Shown here piece by piece: positions 27,858 through 36,754 of a stretch of 64,000 bases of DNA. Source of the stretch: Candidatus Bathyarchaeia archaeon (GTDB lineage: Archaea > Thermoproteota > Bathyarchaeia > 40CM-2-53-6); contig JBEKVV010000003.1 in NCBI GenBank assembly GCA_049513715.1, positions 224,001 through 288,000 on the forward strand, read 5' to 3'. A model generated the notes under the pieces. That model was not told the DNA's origin. It was given only the letters and a program-made list of their open reading frames with translations, and ran no database searches. Each line of letters begins with the position of its first letter. Position 1 is the first letter of the stretch. The translations under genes were made by a program, and so were the position numbers.

Positions 27858-29551
27858 TACTTTCTCTCCTCCGGTTGATACGTGGTTATCTTAACGTCTG
27901 AGAACTCGATACGCGGCGCCTCCGGTGTTCTATAGGCCAATGTATGTTTCAGGAATCTAACGTCATCCCGTTTTGGAAACTCCAATCGGACATGTGATCC
28001 GCGTGATTCTTCTCGGCTTAGGGCAGAGGCCACGATAACATCGCTTAGGTCAACCATTTCTTCGAGTTCGATTGCTCGGATTAGATCCAGGTTGTAGACT
28101 TTGTAAGCCATGATGGGCCTGAGCTTCGTTAGTCTAGTTTTCATTTGTTTGAGCTTGGCCTTCGCTTCCTCTAGTCCTTCTTTGCTTCTGAACATGAAGG
28201 CTTTCTCAACCATCATGTTTCGCATCTCCTCTCGGATGACTGCGGGGTCTTCGTTGCCGCCTCCGTTCAGGAGATGTTGAATGTGTTCTTTCTCTGCGTT
28301 CAATGATTCCTGCAGGAATGCTTCCTTTGGCTCCCCTCGTGCAATGCTCATGACGAATTTGCCCGCCTCTTCTCCTGCAATCTTTCCGAAAACGATTGTG
28401 TCAAGGAGTGAGTTGCCGCCAAGCCTATTTGCGCCGTGAACGCTGATGCAGGCGCATTCACCTGCAGCGTACAGCCCCTTGAGTTGTGTTTCGCATTTTG
28501 CGTTGCAGTCAACGCCACCCATACTGTAGTGTTGGGCTGGTTGAACTGGGATGGGTTCTTTTATTGGGTCAACTGCAGCAAAGTCCATTGCGAGGTCGCG
28601 AATCCCAGGCAATCTAAGCATGATCTTCCTCTCTCCAAGGTGCCGCACGTCCAAGTAGACGTAGAGGTTCTTGACGCCGCGGCCATCATCGATCTCTTTC
28701 TGAATCGAACGGCTGACGATATCTCGGGGGGCCAATTCCATGGCTTTAGGGGCGTAACGTTGCATGAACCGTTCCCCTTGGGAATTGACTAAGTAGCCGC
28801 CCTCGCCGCGGGCTCCTTCGGTGACTAGGATGCACGTGGGGTAGAGTGTAGTTGGGTGAAATTGGACGAATTCCATGTCTTTGAGGGCTACACCTGCTTT
28901 GTACGCCATGGCCATGCCGCTACCAGTATTGATGATGGAGTTGCTCGTTCTTGCGTAAATCCACCCGGCTCCGCCTGTTGCCAGAATTACGGCTTTTGCT
29001 TTGAAGGCCTCCAGGTCACCCGTTATGATATCGAATGCAACGACGCCTTTGATTGCGCCCTTGTCTGCGATGAGTGAGGTGGCGAACCATTCGTCGTAGA
29101 ATTTGACTTTGCGTCTGAGTGCTTGCTCGTATGCGGTGACTAGGAGGTAGTGTCCTGTCTTGTCGGCGGCGAAGCAAGTTCTTGGGTACCCGGCTCCTCC
29201 GAAGGGTCGCTGGGCGATTTTTCCGTCATCTGTTCTGCTGAAGGGACAACCCCAATGCTCCATCTCGATAATTCTTGCAGGCGCGTCCTTCGTCATTGTT
29301 TCGACTGCGTCTTGGTCGGCGAGGAAGTCACTGCCTTTGATGGTGTCGTATGCATGCTTTTGCCAGTTATCGTCCTTGTTGGCTTCGATGTTGCCTAGTG
29401 CTGCGTTGATGCCGCCTTGAGCCGCTCCCGTATGGGACCTGAGCGGATGCACTCGGCTAATCACTGCGGTGTCAGCGTACTTGGAGGATTCGATTGCTGC
29501 ACGTAAGCCTGCGAGACCGCCGCCGATAATGACCACGTCATGTGAAATCAT
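27854..29551 (-). CDS. sdhA: Succinate dehydrogenase/fumarate reductase flavoprotein
   Basis: RSHTGAAQGG (covalent-FAD His), QFHPT, EGARGEG and HGANRLGGNSL. True start ATG 29551. Confidence 0.97.
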   Translation of the reverse strand: MISHDVVIIGGGLAGLRAAIESSKYADTAVISRVHPLRSHTGAAQGGINAALGNIEANKDDNWQKHAYDTIKGSDFLADQDAVETMTKDAPARIIEMEHWGCPFSRTDDGKIAQRPFGGAGYPRTCFAADKTGHYLLVTAYEQALRRKVKFYDEWFATSLIADKGAIKGVVAFDIITGDLEAFKAKAVILATGGAGWIYARTSNSIINTGSGMAMAYKAGVALKDMEFVQFHPTTLYPTCILVTEGARGEGGYLVNSQGERFMQRYAPKAMELAPRDIVSRSIQKEIDDGRGVKNLYVYLDVRHLGERKIMLRLPGIRDLAMDFAAVDPIKEPIPVQPAQHYSMGGVDCNAKCETQLKGLYAAGECACISVHGANRLGGNSLLDTIVFGKIAGEEAGKFVMSIARGEPKEAFLQESLNAEKEHIQHLLNGGGNEDPAVIREEMRNMMVEKAFMFRSKEGLEEAKAKLKQMKTRLTKLRPIMAYKVYNLDLIRAIELEEMVDLSDVIVASALSREESRGSHVRLEFPKRDDVRFLKHTLAYRTPEAPRIEFSDVKITTYQPEERKY

Positions 29552-29565
29552 TCTTGTTTTTCCCC

Positions 29566-29895
29566 TTAACTTGGAAAAAGCAACGGCCACAAACCGTACA
29601 TGCCGAAGAGAAACGCCACGAACCCGAGCATCCACAAACCCACTGAAACGAACCGGCGGGCCTGGTATCCCAAGCCAAAGTCGAGAACAATTGTTCTGAC
29701 ACCGTTGAGGCCGTGAAATAATGCGAAGGCTAGGATGGATACGTCGACACCAGCCCGAAAGAGAGCCGCCCAGTTTGTCGCGAAGTTTGATGCCCACAAG
29801 TGCAGGCCTAACAGTGCCACCAAAAGTACTGCTGTGATTCGTTGCAGAAGCCAGAGGACTACGCTTCTCCAAATTCTCATTTGTGCCATGCTCAT
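29566..29895 (-). CDS. sdhD: Succinate dehydrogenase membrane anchor (SdhD-like)
   Basis: WLLQRITA..LHL, FHGLNGVR and 3 TM helices. Confidence 0.85.
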   Translation of the reverse strand: MSMAQMRIWRSVVLWLLQRITAVLLVALLGLHLWASNFATNWAALFRAGVDVSILAFALFHGLNGVRTIVLDFGLGYQARRFVSVGLWMLGFVAFLFGMYGLWPLLFPS

Positions 29896-30317
29896 GTCAC
29901 CTTCGGCAACATCGGCAATCCCAGCAGGATTATGTAGGCGCTGACTACGATGGCAACCGCCATCGTTAGCCAGAAGCTGACTCGGTGCTTTCTTACCCCG
30001 AATCCCAAGTCTAAGAAGACGATTCGTATTCCGTTGAGGCCGTGGTAAGCGATTATGCCCAAAGCAATCAAATCAAAGATTTCGGTTGCAGAACCACCGG
30101 CCCAGAATGGGTTTCTAAGCGCGTCGAAAATCGTCACTTGAAATCCCTTTGTGACTCCAAAGCTTGCTTGGGCGATTGCAGTGATGTGCGTGAGCAAGAA
30201 GAAAACCAAGTACAGCCCTGAAAGGCGTTGAATGACCCAAGCATACATTCCTACGCGTATGTTGCGAGGGTTGAGGTCGCTACTCTTGTCAATTAACCAT
30301 CGAGTTTTGCTACCCAT
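29892..30317 (-). CDS. sdhC: Succinate dehydrogenase cytochrome b556 subunit
   Basis: AWVIQRLSG..THI, YHGLNGIR and 3 TM helices. Confidence 0.88.
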   Translation of the reverse strand: MGSKTRWLIDKSSDLNPRNIRVGMYAWVIQRLSGLYLVFFLLTHITAIAQASFGVTKGFQVTIFDALRNPFWAGGSATEIFDLIALGIIAYHGLNGIRIVFLDLGFGVRKHRVSFWLTMAVAIVVSAYIILLGLPMLPKVT

Positions 30318-30323
30318 TCTTCT

Positions 30324-30530
30324 TCAATCCCAACCATACATTAGTTCTGAAACCGAATAGAGGAGAGCAGCGAAGCAGACTATTGCGAGGCCTGCGAAGA
30401 CTCCGAACATCCTTTGAAACCCAGCCATGTCCGCCATCATTGCCTCGTAAACAAACACGAGCTCTAGAACAATCAACACCCCTGCCAACGCGAACCATCC
30501 CTTAGACAAAGTCGCTTGCATCACATTCAC
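30324..30530 (-). CDS. Unknown two-TM membrane protein in the Rieske/cytb-sdh operon
   Basis: 68 aa with two hydrophobic helices. It abuts the upstream stop and ends 6 nt before sdhC. Confidence 0.7.
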   Translation of the reverse strand: MNVMQATLSKGWFALAGVLIVLELVFVYEAMMADMAGFQRMFGVFAGLAIVCFAALLYSVSELMYGWD

Positions 30531-30791
30531 CTACTCGAACCATCCAACCTTATTCCGAATACGTCCCGCTTTCTTGTCCAATCGGTACATTGCTTTGGCG
30601 AGGAATGCTACAGCCACCGTGCCTACGAACAAGTTCCCCGCGATAAGCAATCCATCCAAGATTGTGAATCCCTTCGTTGCCACCTGAAGTAGAAGGGGCA
30701 TCAGGTTCGAAAGGGCGAAAACGCTCACACCAAAAGCCAAGGCAAGCAGCAGTAAGCGCCCGGTGCGGGTGAAGTTGCGGCGATCACTCAT
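30531..30791 (-). CDS. Unknown two-TM membrane protein in the Rieske/cytb-sdh operon
   Basis: 86 aa from ATG 30791 (ATGA overlap with the subunit IV stop), two TM helices and a basic C-tail. Confidence 0.72.
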   Translation of the reverse strand: MSDRRNFTRTGRLLLLALAFGVSVFALSNLMPLLLQVATKGFTILDGLLIAGNLFVGTVAVAFLAKAMYRLDKKAGRIRNKVGWFE

Positions 30792-31315
30792 TGTGGTGTA
30801 CCTCTTTTGACACGTCTGTTGGCTGCGAAAGCCAGTAAGATCAAAAGTACCGCAATTGAATTGACTGTAATGAAGGCGGTCGTGAACTTGAGACTTGAGA
30901 AAGACCCAGTTTGGCCTGGGGACAGGTATCCGTAGATTGTTAGGCCTAGGAACTCGGTTACCATCAGAAAGGCAGCGGCTATGAAGATAGGCCTTCGGAG
31001 GGGCCGTCGTTCTTCGCCCCGGTCGAGGAACGGAATTAGTACAATGAAGATTGCCACCCCGGCCATCAGGATTATTCCGTGAAGTGGTGTCACGTTTTGG
31101 GTTTTCAGAAACTGGTAGAAGCCCATGAAGTACCATTCAGGCTCTAAGATGCTTGGCGGGTTCAAGGGGTCAAACTTCTCGCCAAGCTTCAACGGGAACA
31201 GTGACACGAACACTGCGAGGAACCCGATGACGGCGATCGCGAGACTCATCTCTGCTAAGAGTACGTTCGGGAAGAATCGCACCTTGTCGTCTTTCTCTCT
31301 AGAGTGGTTGTGCAA
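30788..31315 (-). CDS. Cytochrome b subunit IV (PetD/QcrC-like)
   Basis: FFPN, PEWYF Qo motif and LIPFLDR. Confidence 0.92.
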   Translation of the reverse strand: MHNHSREKDDKVRFFPNVLLAEMSLAIAVIGFLAVFVSLFPLKLGEKFDPLNPPSILEPEWYFMGFYQFLKTQNVTPLHGIILMAGVAIFIVLIPFLDRGEERRPLRRPIFIAAAFLMVTEFLGLTIYGYLSPGQTGSFSSLKFTTAFITVNSIAVLLILLAFAANRRVKRGTPQ

Positions 31316-31964
31316 TGTGATGCCTCTTTACCATCCAGAAGTGCAGTAACATCAGAACCATCAACAAGCCCGGGATGAGCCAGACATGAAACGCAAAGAA
31401 ACGCCCCACTGTGTCGTCGTAATTCGTTCCCCACACGAGAGAGGTCATCATGGTTCCGAATAACGGAACCGCCCCGGCCAATCCAAGTCCAATGCCTGCG
31501 GCGCCGACAGCTTCTTGGTCCCAGCGGAGAACGTAGCCGGTGAAACCTGCCATTATTGTGAAAGCGCCAAGTCCTACGCCAACCATCCAGTTGAGTTCTC
31601 TAGGTTTCTTATAGGCACCTGTGAAGTAAACCCTAAGCATGTGGAGTATCGATGTGATTATCATTCCATTTGCGGCATAGAAATGAACGCCGCGAATGAG
31701 CCACCCATAGCGAACGTTTGTAGATATGTCTTGCAGACTACTATACGCGGCGTCTGGCGAGGGTTTGTAATACATTCCAAGCATCATTCCGGTAATTGCG
31801 AGTAGAAAGAAGAACAGGAAAGTCAAACCACCGAGACAGTACATGGGGCTCAACGCACCTTTGGCTACCGTTGCTCTCAGGATTGGTTCGATCTTGGTCC
31901 GCGAAACGAACCAGTTCCAAAGCTTTCGAAGAATCGCGGTTGGAGAGATCATCAATACTCTCAT
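31299..31964 (-). CDS. Cytochrome b6-like subunit (PetB/QcrB)
   Basis: YCLGG, RGVHFYAAN..LHMLRVY, PRELNW and FHV..LLHF; four haem-ligand histidines. Confidence 0.95.
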   Translation of the reverse strand: MRVLMISPTAILRKLWNWFVSRTKIEPILRATVAKGALSPMYCLGGLTFLFFFLLAITGMMLGMYYKPSPDAAYSSLQDISTNVRYGWLIRGVHFYAANGMIITSILHMLRVYFTGAYKKPRELNWMVGVGLGAFTIMAGFTGYVLRWDQEAVGAAGIGLGLAGAVPLFGTMMTSLVWGTNYDDTVGRFFAFHVWLIPGLLMVLMLLHFWMVKRHHIAQPL

Positions 31965-32500
31965 GCCTCTCCATAGAGCGGAAGGCCGCTCTCGTAACCG
32001 TTCGCGAAAATCTCTCCTTGATCGTCAATCACAAGTTTGATTTTCGGCAGCTGCCTTGGCGGCGGCCCGCCGAGGACCTTTGCCGTGTTCGGGTCGAAGA
32101 CACCTCCGTGACAAGGGCAGAATGTCTGGAGGGGATTGCTTTCCCATCCTGCAACGGCAACCTTGTCGAAGTGAACCTGGCAACCGAGGTGCGTGCAAAG
32201 CGCATCGAACGCAACGAAGCCGCTTGCAAGGTGAATCAGTATCGCCGGCCTGTCTTTGTGGGGATACTCAAACAGGAGACTGTCGTTCAAGGCAACATCT
32301 TTGGTGTTTGCCACCCTGGTCTTTGGATATACGACGGGCCCGCTTTGCCTGGGTACGAAAAGGAATTGACCCAAACTGGTCAGAGGAGTCAAAAGAGCTG
32401 CGCCGGCGAACAAAACGGCCAGTTTCAAGGCGTCGCGGCGTGTAACCCTCGGAAAGAGGTAATTCTCGTTTGGATGCTCTTCTGTCAACACAATTTCCAA
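31961..32500 (-). CDS. Rieske 2Fe-2S subunit with Tat signal
   Basis: TRRDALK twin-arginine signal, CTHLGC and CPCHGGVF boxes, and GPPPRQLP. Confidence 0.95.
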   Translation of the reverse strand: MEIVLTEEHPNENYLFPRVTRRDALKLAVLFAGAALLTPLTSLGQFLFVPRQSGPVVYPKTRVANTKDVALNDSLLFEYPHKDRPAILIHLASGFVAFDALCTHLGCQVHFDKVAVAGWESNPLQTFCPCHGGVFDPNTAKVLGGPPPRQLPKIKLVIDDQGEIFANGYESGLPLYGEA

Positions 32501-32635
32501 TCGGTAAGTACATCAGATGCGGTTTATTTATGCCGGAAAGAAAGAAAATACTACTATGTACCGTTAGGACCGAAACCCAACATAAATTCAGCAACTTCGA
32601 AGTCAGGTTTCGCCTTTCGGGAGAGGATTTGCTGG

Positions 32636-33568
32636 TTAGGATCGCTTGTAAGGTTGCCCAGTGAACGCGAAGGTCTTGAACAATTCATACACCTTGTCGG
32701 GAATGCCTTCAACAACGTTGAGCCCCAAGGCTCTAGCAACATCTAACGTGATTGGGGTTGCGTGGGACATGTAGCCCTTTGCTAGAAAGTCCGCAACTCG
32801 CTCCGCTTGTTCCTTGTCCATCTTGCCGTCGAGGAGCCACGTAACGAACGCTTTGGCGTTTTCAATCTCCAAGTTCGCGGCATCAGACAAGATGATCATT
32901 CTGTCGGTGATATTCTGGATTGGTTTGGTTTTCACAAGGGTCGACAATGAGCCTGCAGGCCACATCCCGTCAGGCGTGGGAATTTGTGGGTCTACCGGGC
33001 CCAATACACTATATTTCTCCATCCGAATCTCGTTAGCTGCAAGGCTCATCAATGAACCGCCAGACATTGCGTAGAAGGGAACCATGACCGTAACCTTTGC
33101 CGGATGGAACTTGATTGCCATCGCCATCATCTGCGCGGCCGAAGCGTAACCGCCAGGAGTATGAAGAATCAAGTCAATGGGTTTGCTCGGAGGGGTTTTT
33201 CGGAATGCTTGAAGAACGGCCTCGATGTCCTCGATGCCGATCTCCGGCTCTTCGCCTTCTTCGGTCCAGAGTTCCTTCTTATGTATCATTGTGATGACTT
33301 TCGTTCCGCGCTCCTCTCCAAGCTCTTCAAGTATTCTCCGCCGCCAAGCAAGAATTCCTGCTTTCGTAGTGGGACGTTGCGGAGCCGCGGGTTGAGCGGC
33401 TTGCGGTTCTTCTTCTTCCTTGGTTTTCTCTTCCTCTTCTTTTCCGGTTTCCCCCTCTAGTTCGACGGTTTGAGGTTTCCGCGGCCGAATTAGGTAAAGG
33501 AGTGCCATTGAGTTCAGCGCAGAGACGATGAGCACTCCCATTCCCAACGTTAGTTCAAATATGTCCAA
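32636..33568 (-). CDS. Membrane-anchored SDH-family (DUF114) Clp-fold serine protease
   Basis: LILHTPGG, YAMSGGS (Ser), LGPVDPQ (Asp), SHATPI (His), plus N-terminal TM and acidic linker. Confidence 0.88.
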   Translation of the reverse strand: MDIFELTLGMGVLIVSALNSMALLYLIRPRKPQTVELEGETGKEEEEKTKEEEEPQAAQPAAPQRPTTKAGILAWRRRILEELGEERGTKVITMIHKKELWTEEGEEPEIGIEDIEAVLQAFRKTPPSKPIDLILHTPGGYASAAQMMAMAIKFHPAKVTVMVPFYAMSGGSLMSLAANEIRMEKYSVLGPVDPQIPTPDGMWPAGSLSTLVKTKPIQNITDRMIILSDAANLEIENAKAFVTWLLDGKMDKEQAERVADFLAKGYMSHATPITLDVARALGLNVVEGIPDKVYELFKTFAFTGQPYKRS

Positions 33569-33580
33569 CCAAGCCCAACC

Positions 33581-34510
33581 TCAATCATTGTATTTCTTTC
33601 CCGGCCCTGGAGTCCCGCTGAACTCGATCGTTTCGAAGAGTTGGTAAACCTTCTCTGGAACGCCTTCAGTTACCTTGAGGCCAATGGCGCGGGCGACATC
33701 GAGCGTGATGGGGGTCGTGGATGCCATAACCCCGCCCACAAGGAAATTCGCGACCTGCGACGCCTGATCCTCACTCATCTTGTCCTCAAGAAGCCATTTC
33801 ACAAATCCTCTTGCGTTCTCAGTTTCCATTCGTGCCGTTTCGGCAAGTAGGACAGTTCGGTCGGCTATCGTTTCAATGGGTTTACGTTTCAATACTGCCA
33901 TGATCCAGTTCGCAGGCATATCATCGACGAGTGGCTCGACGGGCGCCAGAAGGCTATACTTTTCCATCATCACCTCGTCCCCTGCCAGAACTATGTATGT
34001 CCCGTCCGAAAACGCATAGAAAGGAACCATAACCGTAACATTTCCTTTGTGGTGCTTTAGGGCCATGGCTATCATGTCCGCAGCGAAAGTCGAACCGCCC
34101 TCGGTGTGAACAATGAAGTCTATGGGGGTGTCAGGTGGCGTTTCCCGCAATCGAAGCAAAATTTCCTCGGAATTTTCGAGAGTGATCTCTTGTTCGTCGT
34201 CGCCTTTGTTCCAAGGCTCTTTTCTATGAATTAGCGTGATGACTCTCGTACCGCGTTCCTGTTCAAGCTCGCGAATCAACTGAGCCCTACGAGCTAGAAT
34301 CTGTTCCTTGGTGGGCTCGTCGGCCGGTTCCTCTGTTTCTCCGTCGTCACTCTCTTCTTCCTCATCCCCTTCATCTTCCTCCTTCACGACGGCCTGCTGG
34401 CCTGAGGCTGAAGGCAGACGCCTTAGGAACAACAGGCTGGTTAACATGTTGAGGAGAACTACGACAACTATTGCTACTGCGAGCAGTATGTCGAGTTCTT
34501 CCACTACCAT
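33581..34510 (-). CDS. Paralogous Clp-fold protein with degenerate catalytic triad
   Basis: HTEGG, YAFSDGT, LAPVEPL (D to E) and ASTTPI (His lost). Same architecture as its neighbour. Confidence 0.85.
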   Translation of the reverse strand: MVVEELDILLAVAIVVVVLLNMLTSLLFLRRLPSASGQQAVVKEEDEGDEEEESDDGETEEPADEPTKEQILARRAQLIRELEQERGTRVITLIHRKEPWNKGDDEQEITLENSEEILLRLRETPPDTPIDFIVHTEGGSTFAADMIAMALKHHKGNVTVMVPFYAFSDGTYIVLAGDEVMMEKYSLLAPVEPLVDDMPANWIMAVLKRKPIETIADRTVLLAETARMETENARGFVKWLLEDKMSEDQASQVANFLVGGVMASTTPITLDVARAIGLKVTEGVPEKVYQLFETIEFSGTPGPGKKYND

Positions 34511-34633
34511 TCACCATTCCGAAGGGGCGAGTGTGCAAAATCCCCGAGGATTGTGTGTGGATTGCGTTGCCGTCCTCTAAAAGACTTGGCCTAGTGGCCA
34601 ACGCGGTGATGGTTCTCCGTCGCAGATGATGGA

Positions 34634-35998
34634 TTAATTGACGATTCTTGGTACCTCGATGCTTGTTGGCTCGTAGTCTTCCAACTTGCCATGTAGGAAT
34701 GCGTCGTATGCTTGGAGGTCTAGGAGACCGTGGCCGCAATTGTTGAAGGCGATAACCTTCTTTTCGCCAGTCTTCTTACAGCGAATAGCCTCATCGATTA
34801 CAAACTTGACATTGTGTGCAGTTTCCGGCGCTGTTATCATACCCTCTGTCCGAGCCAGTATTCGCGCGGCTTCGAAAACCTCGTTTTGTGAGTAAGCGAC
34901 TGAGGTTACGTATCCTTTGTTGATGAGGTAACACAAGGACGGAGCTTTGCCATGGTACCTGAGGCCACCTGCATGAATGGGCGGTGCCTGGTACTTGTGC
35001 CCGATTGTATACATTTTCAAGAGCGGAGTCATCTCCGCGGTGTCAGCGAAATCATAGGTGTAGGCTCCGCGGGTTGTTGATGGAACCGCCTTTGATTCAC
35101 AGGCGACGAATTTTGCCTCTGATTTTCCTTTCAGCTTATCGGCCATGAAGGGGTAGGCGAACCCTGCAAAGTTTGATCCTCCTCCAATGCAACCGGATAT
35201 GACATCTGGTTGGATGTCGATCATTTCGAATTGCTTCTTCGCCTCTTGGCCGATGATAGTTTGGTGGAGCAGAACATGATTCAAAACGGACCCCAAGCAA
35301 TACTTCGTGTGATCGTGGGTTAGACAGTCCTCAAGCGCCTCACTAATTGCGATGCCAAGCGACCCGTAGTTGTTGGGGTCAGCTTCCAGCAGACTTCGAC
35401 CGAACTTTGTATTCTTGCTTGGTGAGGCAACCACGTCGGCCCCGTGAGTCTCAATCATAATTCGGCGCCCAGGTTTCTGGTCGTAACTTGCTCGAACCAT
35501 GTACACACTGCACTTAAGTCCGAATAGGCCCGCGGCCATTGCCAAGGCTGTTCCCCATTGCCCAGCACCAGTCTCAGTCACGACCCGTTCGTTGCCTTCA
35601 GCCATGTTGTAGTAGGCCTGAGCTATGGCGGTGTTTGGTTTGTGACTGCCAGTTGGGTTGACGTATTCGCACTTATAGTAAATCTGCGCAGGCGTGTTCA
35701 GATACTTCTCCAGCCTCTTCGCTCTGAGGAGTGGGGTGGGTCGCGGTAAACTCAGGTATGCGTCGTAGACTTCGTCGGGTATTTTGATGAAACGTTCTGT
35801 TGAAACTTCTTGCATGATCAGCTCTTTCGCGAAGAGCCTCAGGAGTGGCTCGGGAGACATTGGTTTGAGCGTCTTAGGGTCCAGGGGAGGGGGAAGAGGT
35901 TCCGGAAAGTCTGCGAGAATATTGTACCAGTGAGTTGGAGTTTCGTCTTGGGGAAGAAACACAGCGTGGTCTCTGTCAACGGTGGCGGTTTTGAGCAT
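34634..35998 (-). CDS. trpB2: Tryptophan synthase beta chain type 2
   Basis: GSHKPNTA, TETGAGQWG, GCIGGGSNF and IHAGGLRYHG. Confidence 0.95.
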   Translation of the reverse strand: MLKTATVDRDHAVFLPQDETPTHWYNILADFPEPLPPPLDPKTLKPMSPEPLLRLFAKELIMQEVSTERFIKIPDEVYDAYLSLPRPTPLLRAKRLEKYLNTPAQIYYKCEYVNPTGSHKPNTAIAQAYYNMAEGNERVVTETGAGQWGTALAMAAGLFGLKCSVYMVRASYDQKPGRRIMIETHGADVVASPSKNTKFGRSLLEADPNNYGSLGIAISEALEDCLTHDHTKYCLGSVLNHVLLHQTIIGQEAKKQFEMIDIQPDVISGCIGGGSNFAGFAYPFMADKLKGKSEAKFVACESKAVPSTTRGAYTYDFADTAEMTPLLKMYTIGHKYQAPPIHAGGLRYHGKAPSLCYLINKGYVTSVAYSQNEVFEAARILARTEGMITAPETAHNVKFVIDEAIRCKKTGEKKVIAFNNCGHGLLDLQAYDAFLHGKLEDYEPTSIEVPRIVN

Positions 35999-36096
35999 GA
36001 GTCAGCATTCCTGCAGATTAACGCTAGACGGGAACATCACCGCAGCATTTAAGACTTTGTTGCACATTTCTGTACGTCAACGGTCGATGGTCAACC

Positions 36097-36600
36097 ATGT
36101 GGCGCCAGATCTCAGAACGTCTCGAAGATTATCCCGGCCGACAGAAAGTGGCCAAAGCACTCGTGGAGCTTGGGCTCAGCATCAAAGAAGGCCCCAAAAT
36201 ATACTGCGGCGGAATCGAACTTTCAGACGTGAAAATTGCGCGTCACCTCGGAGTCGACCGACGAACGGTAAGAGACACTGCACAACTCATCTCATCAGAC
36301 CCACTCTTGAAGTCAGTCTTCGAAAGAACTCGCCCAGCCGGCCCATTCCTCGCGGACGTAGCGAAATTTCTCGGGTACAGCGTAATCGAGATCTACGCAG
36401 ACTCACACTCAGTCGGAATCGTTGCGCAAGCCGCATCGCTAATTGCGCAAGAGAATATTGCAATAAGGCAGGCTATTGCAGACGACCCTGACCTTACGCC
36501 GGAGCCGAAACTTACGTTGGTTGTGGAGAAGGAACCGACAGGCGCTATTTTGCAGAAGATGCTTAAGATTCCGGGCGTGGTTAAGATTTCAACTTACTAA
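36097..36600 (+). CDS. Archaeal HTH-ACT regulator of amino-acid metabolism (COG2150-like)
   Basis: IYCGGIELSDVKIAR.LGVDRRTV and IRQAIADDPDL..EPKL. Divergent from trpB2. Confidence 0.88.
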   Translation: MWRQISERLEDYPGRQKVAKALVELGLSIKEGPKIYCGGIELSDVKIARHLGVDRRTVRDTAQLISSDPLLKSVFERTRPAGPFLADVAKFLGYSVIEIYADSHSVGIVAQAASLIAQENIAIRQAIADDPDLTPEPKLTLVVEKEPTGAILQKMLKIPGVVKISTY

Positions 36601-36754
36601 GCCGGCCGAAGTCTGCTAGACGCTCAAAACATCGCAGTGTACAATCTCACTGATCGGTTTTAGCTTCCTGCGCTTTGTCTTAGGTTCGAATAGGAAAACA
36701 AAAGGCATCACACTCACCAGTTCCATTCTTTGGGCGCCCCGACCAGACCCTTTA

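Noticed and set aside
29552..29872. 107-aa N-terminal extension of SdhA in the ORF track
   Set aside because: It overlaps sdhD in another frame. SdhA homology begins at ATG 29551.
30792..31136. 201-aa ORF 30531..31136 as one protein
   Set aside because: The first 115 codons are an alternative frame of subunit IV. Only the part from ATG 30791 looks like a protein.
31796..32746. Long antisense ORFs (e.g. 316 aa at 31796, 261 aa at 37630, 199 aa at 12990, 208 aa at 61084)
   Set aside because: They are shadows of well-supported genes on the opposite strand and have no recognisable motifs.
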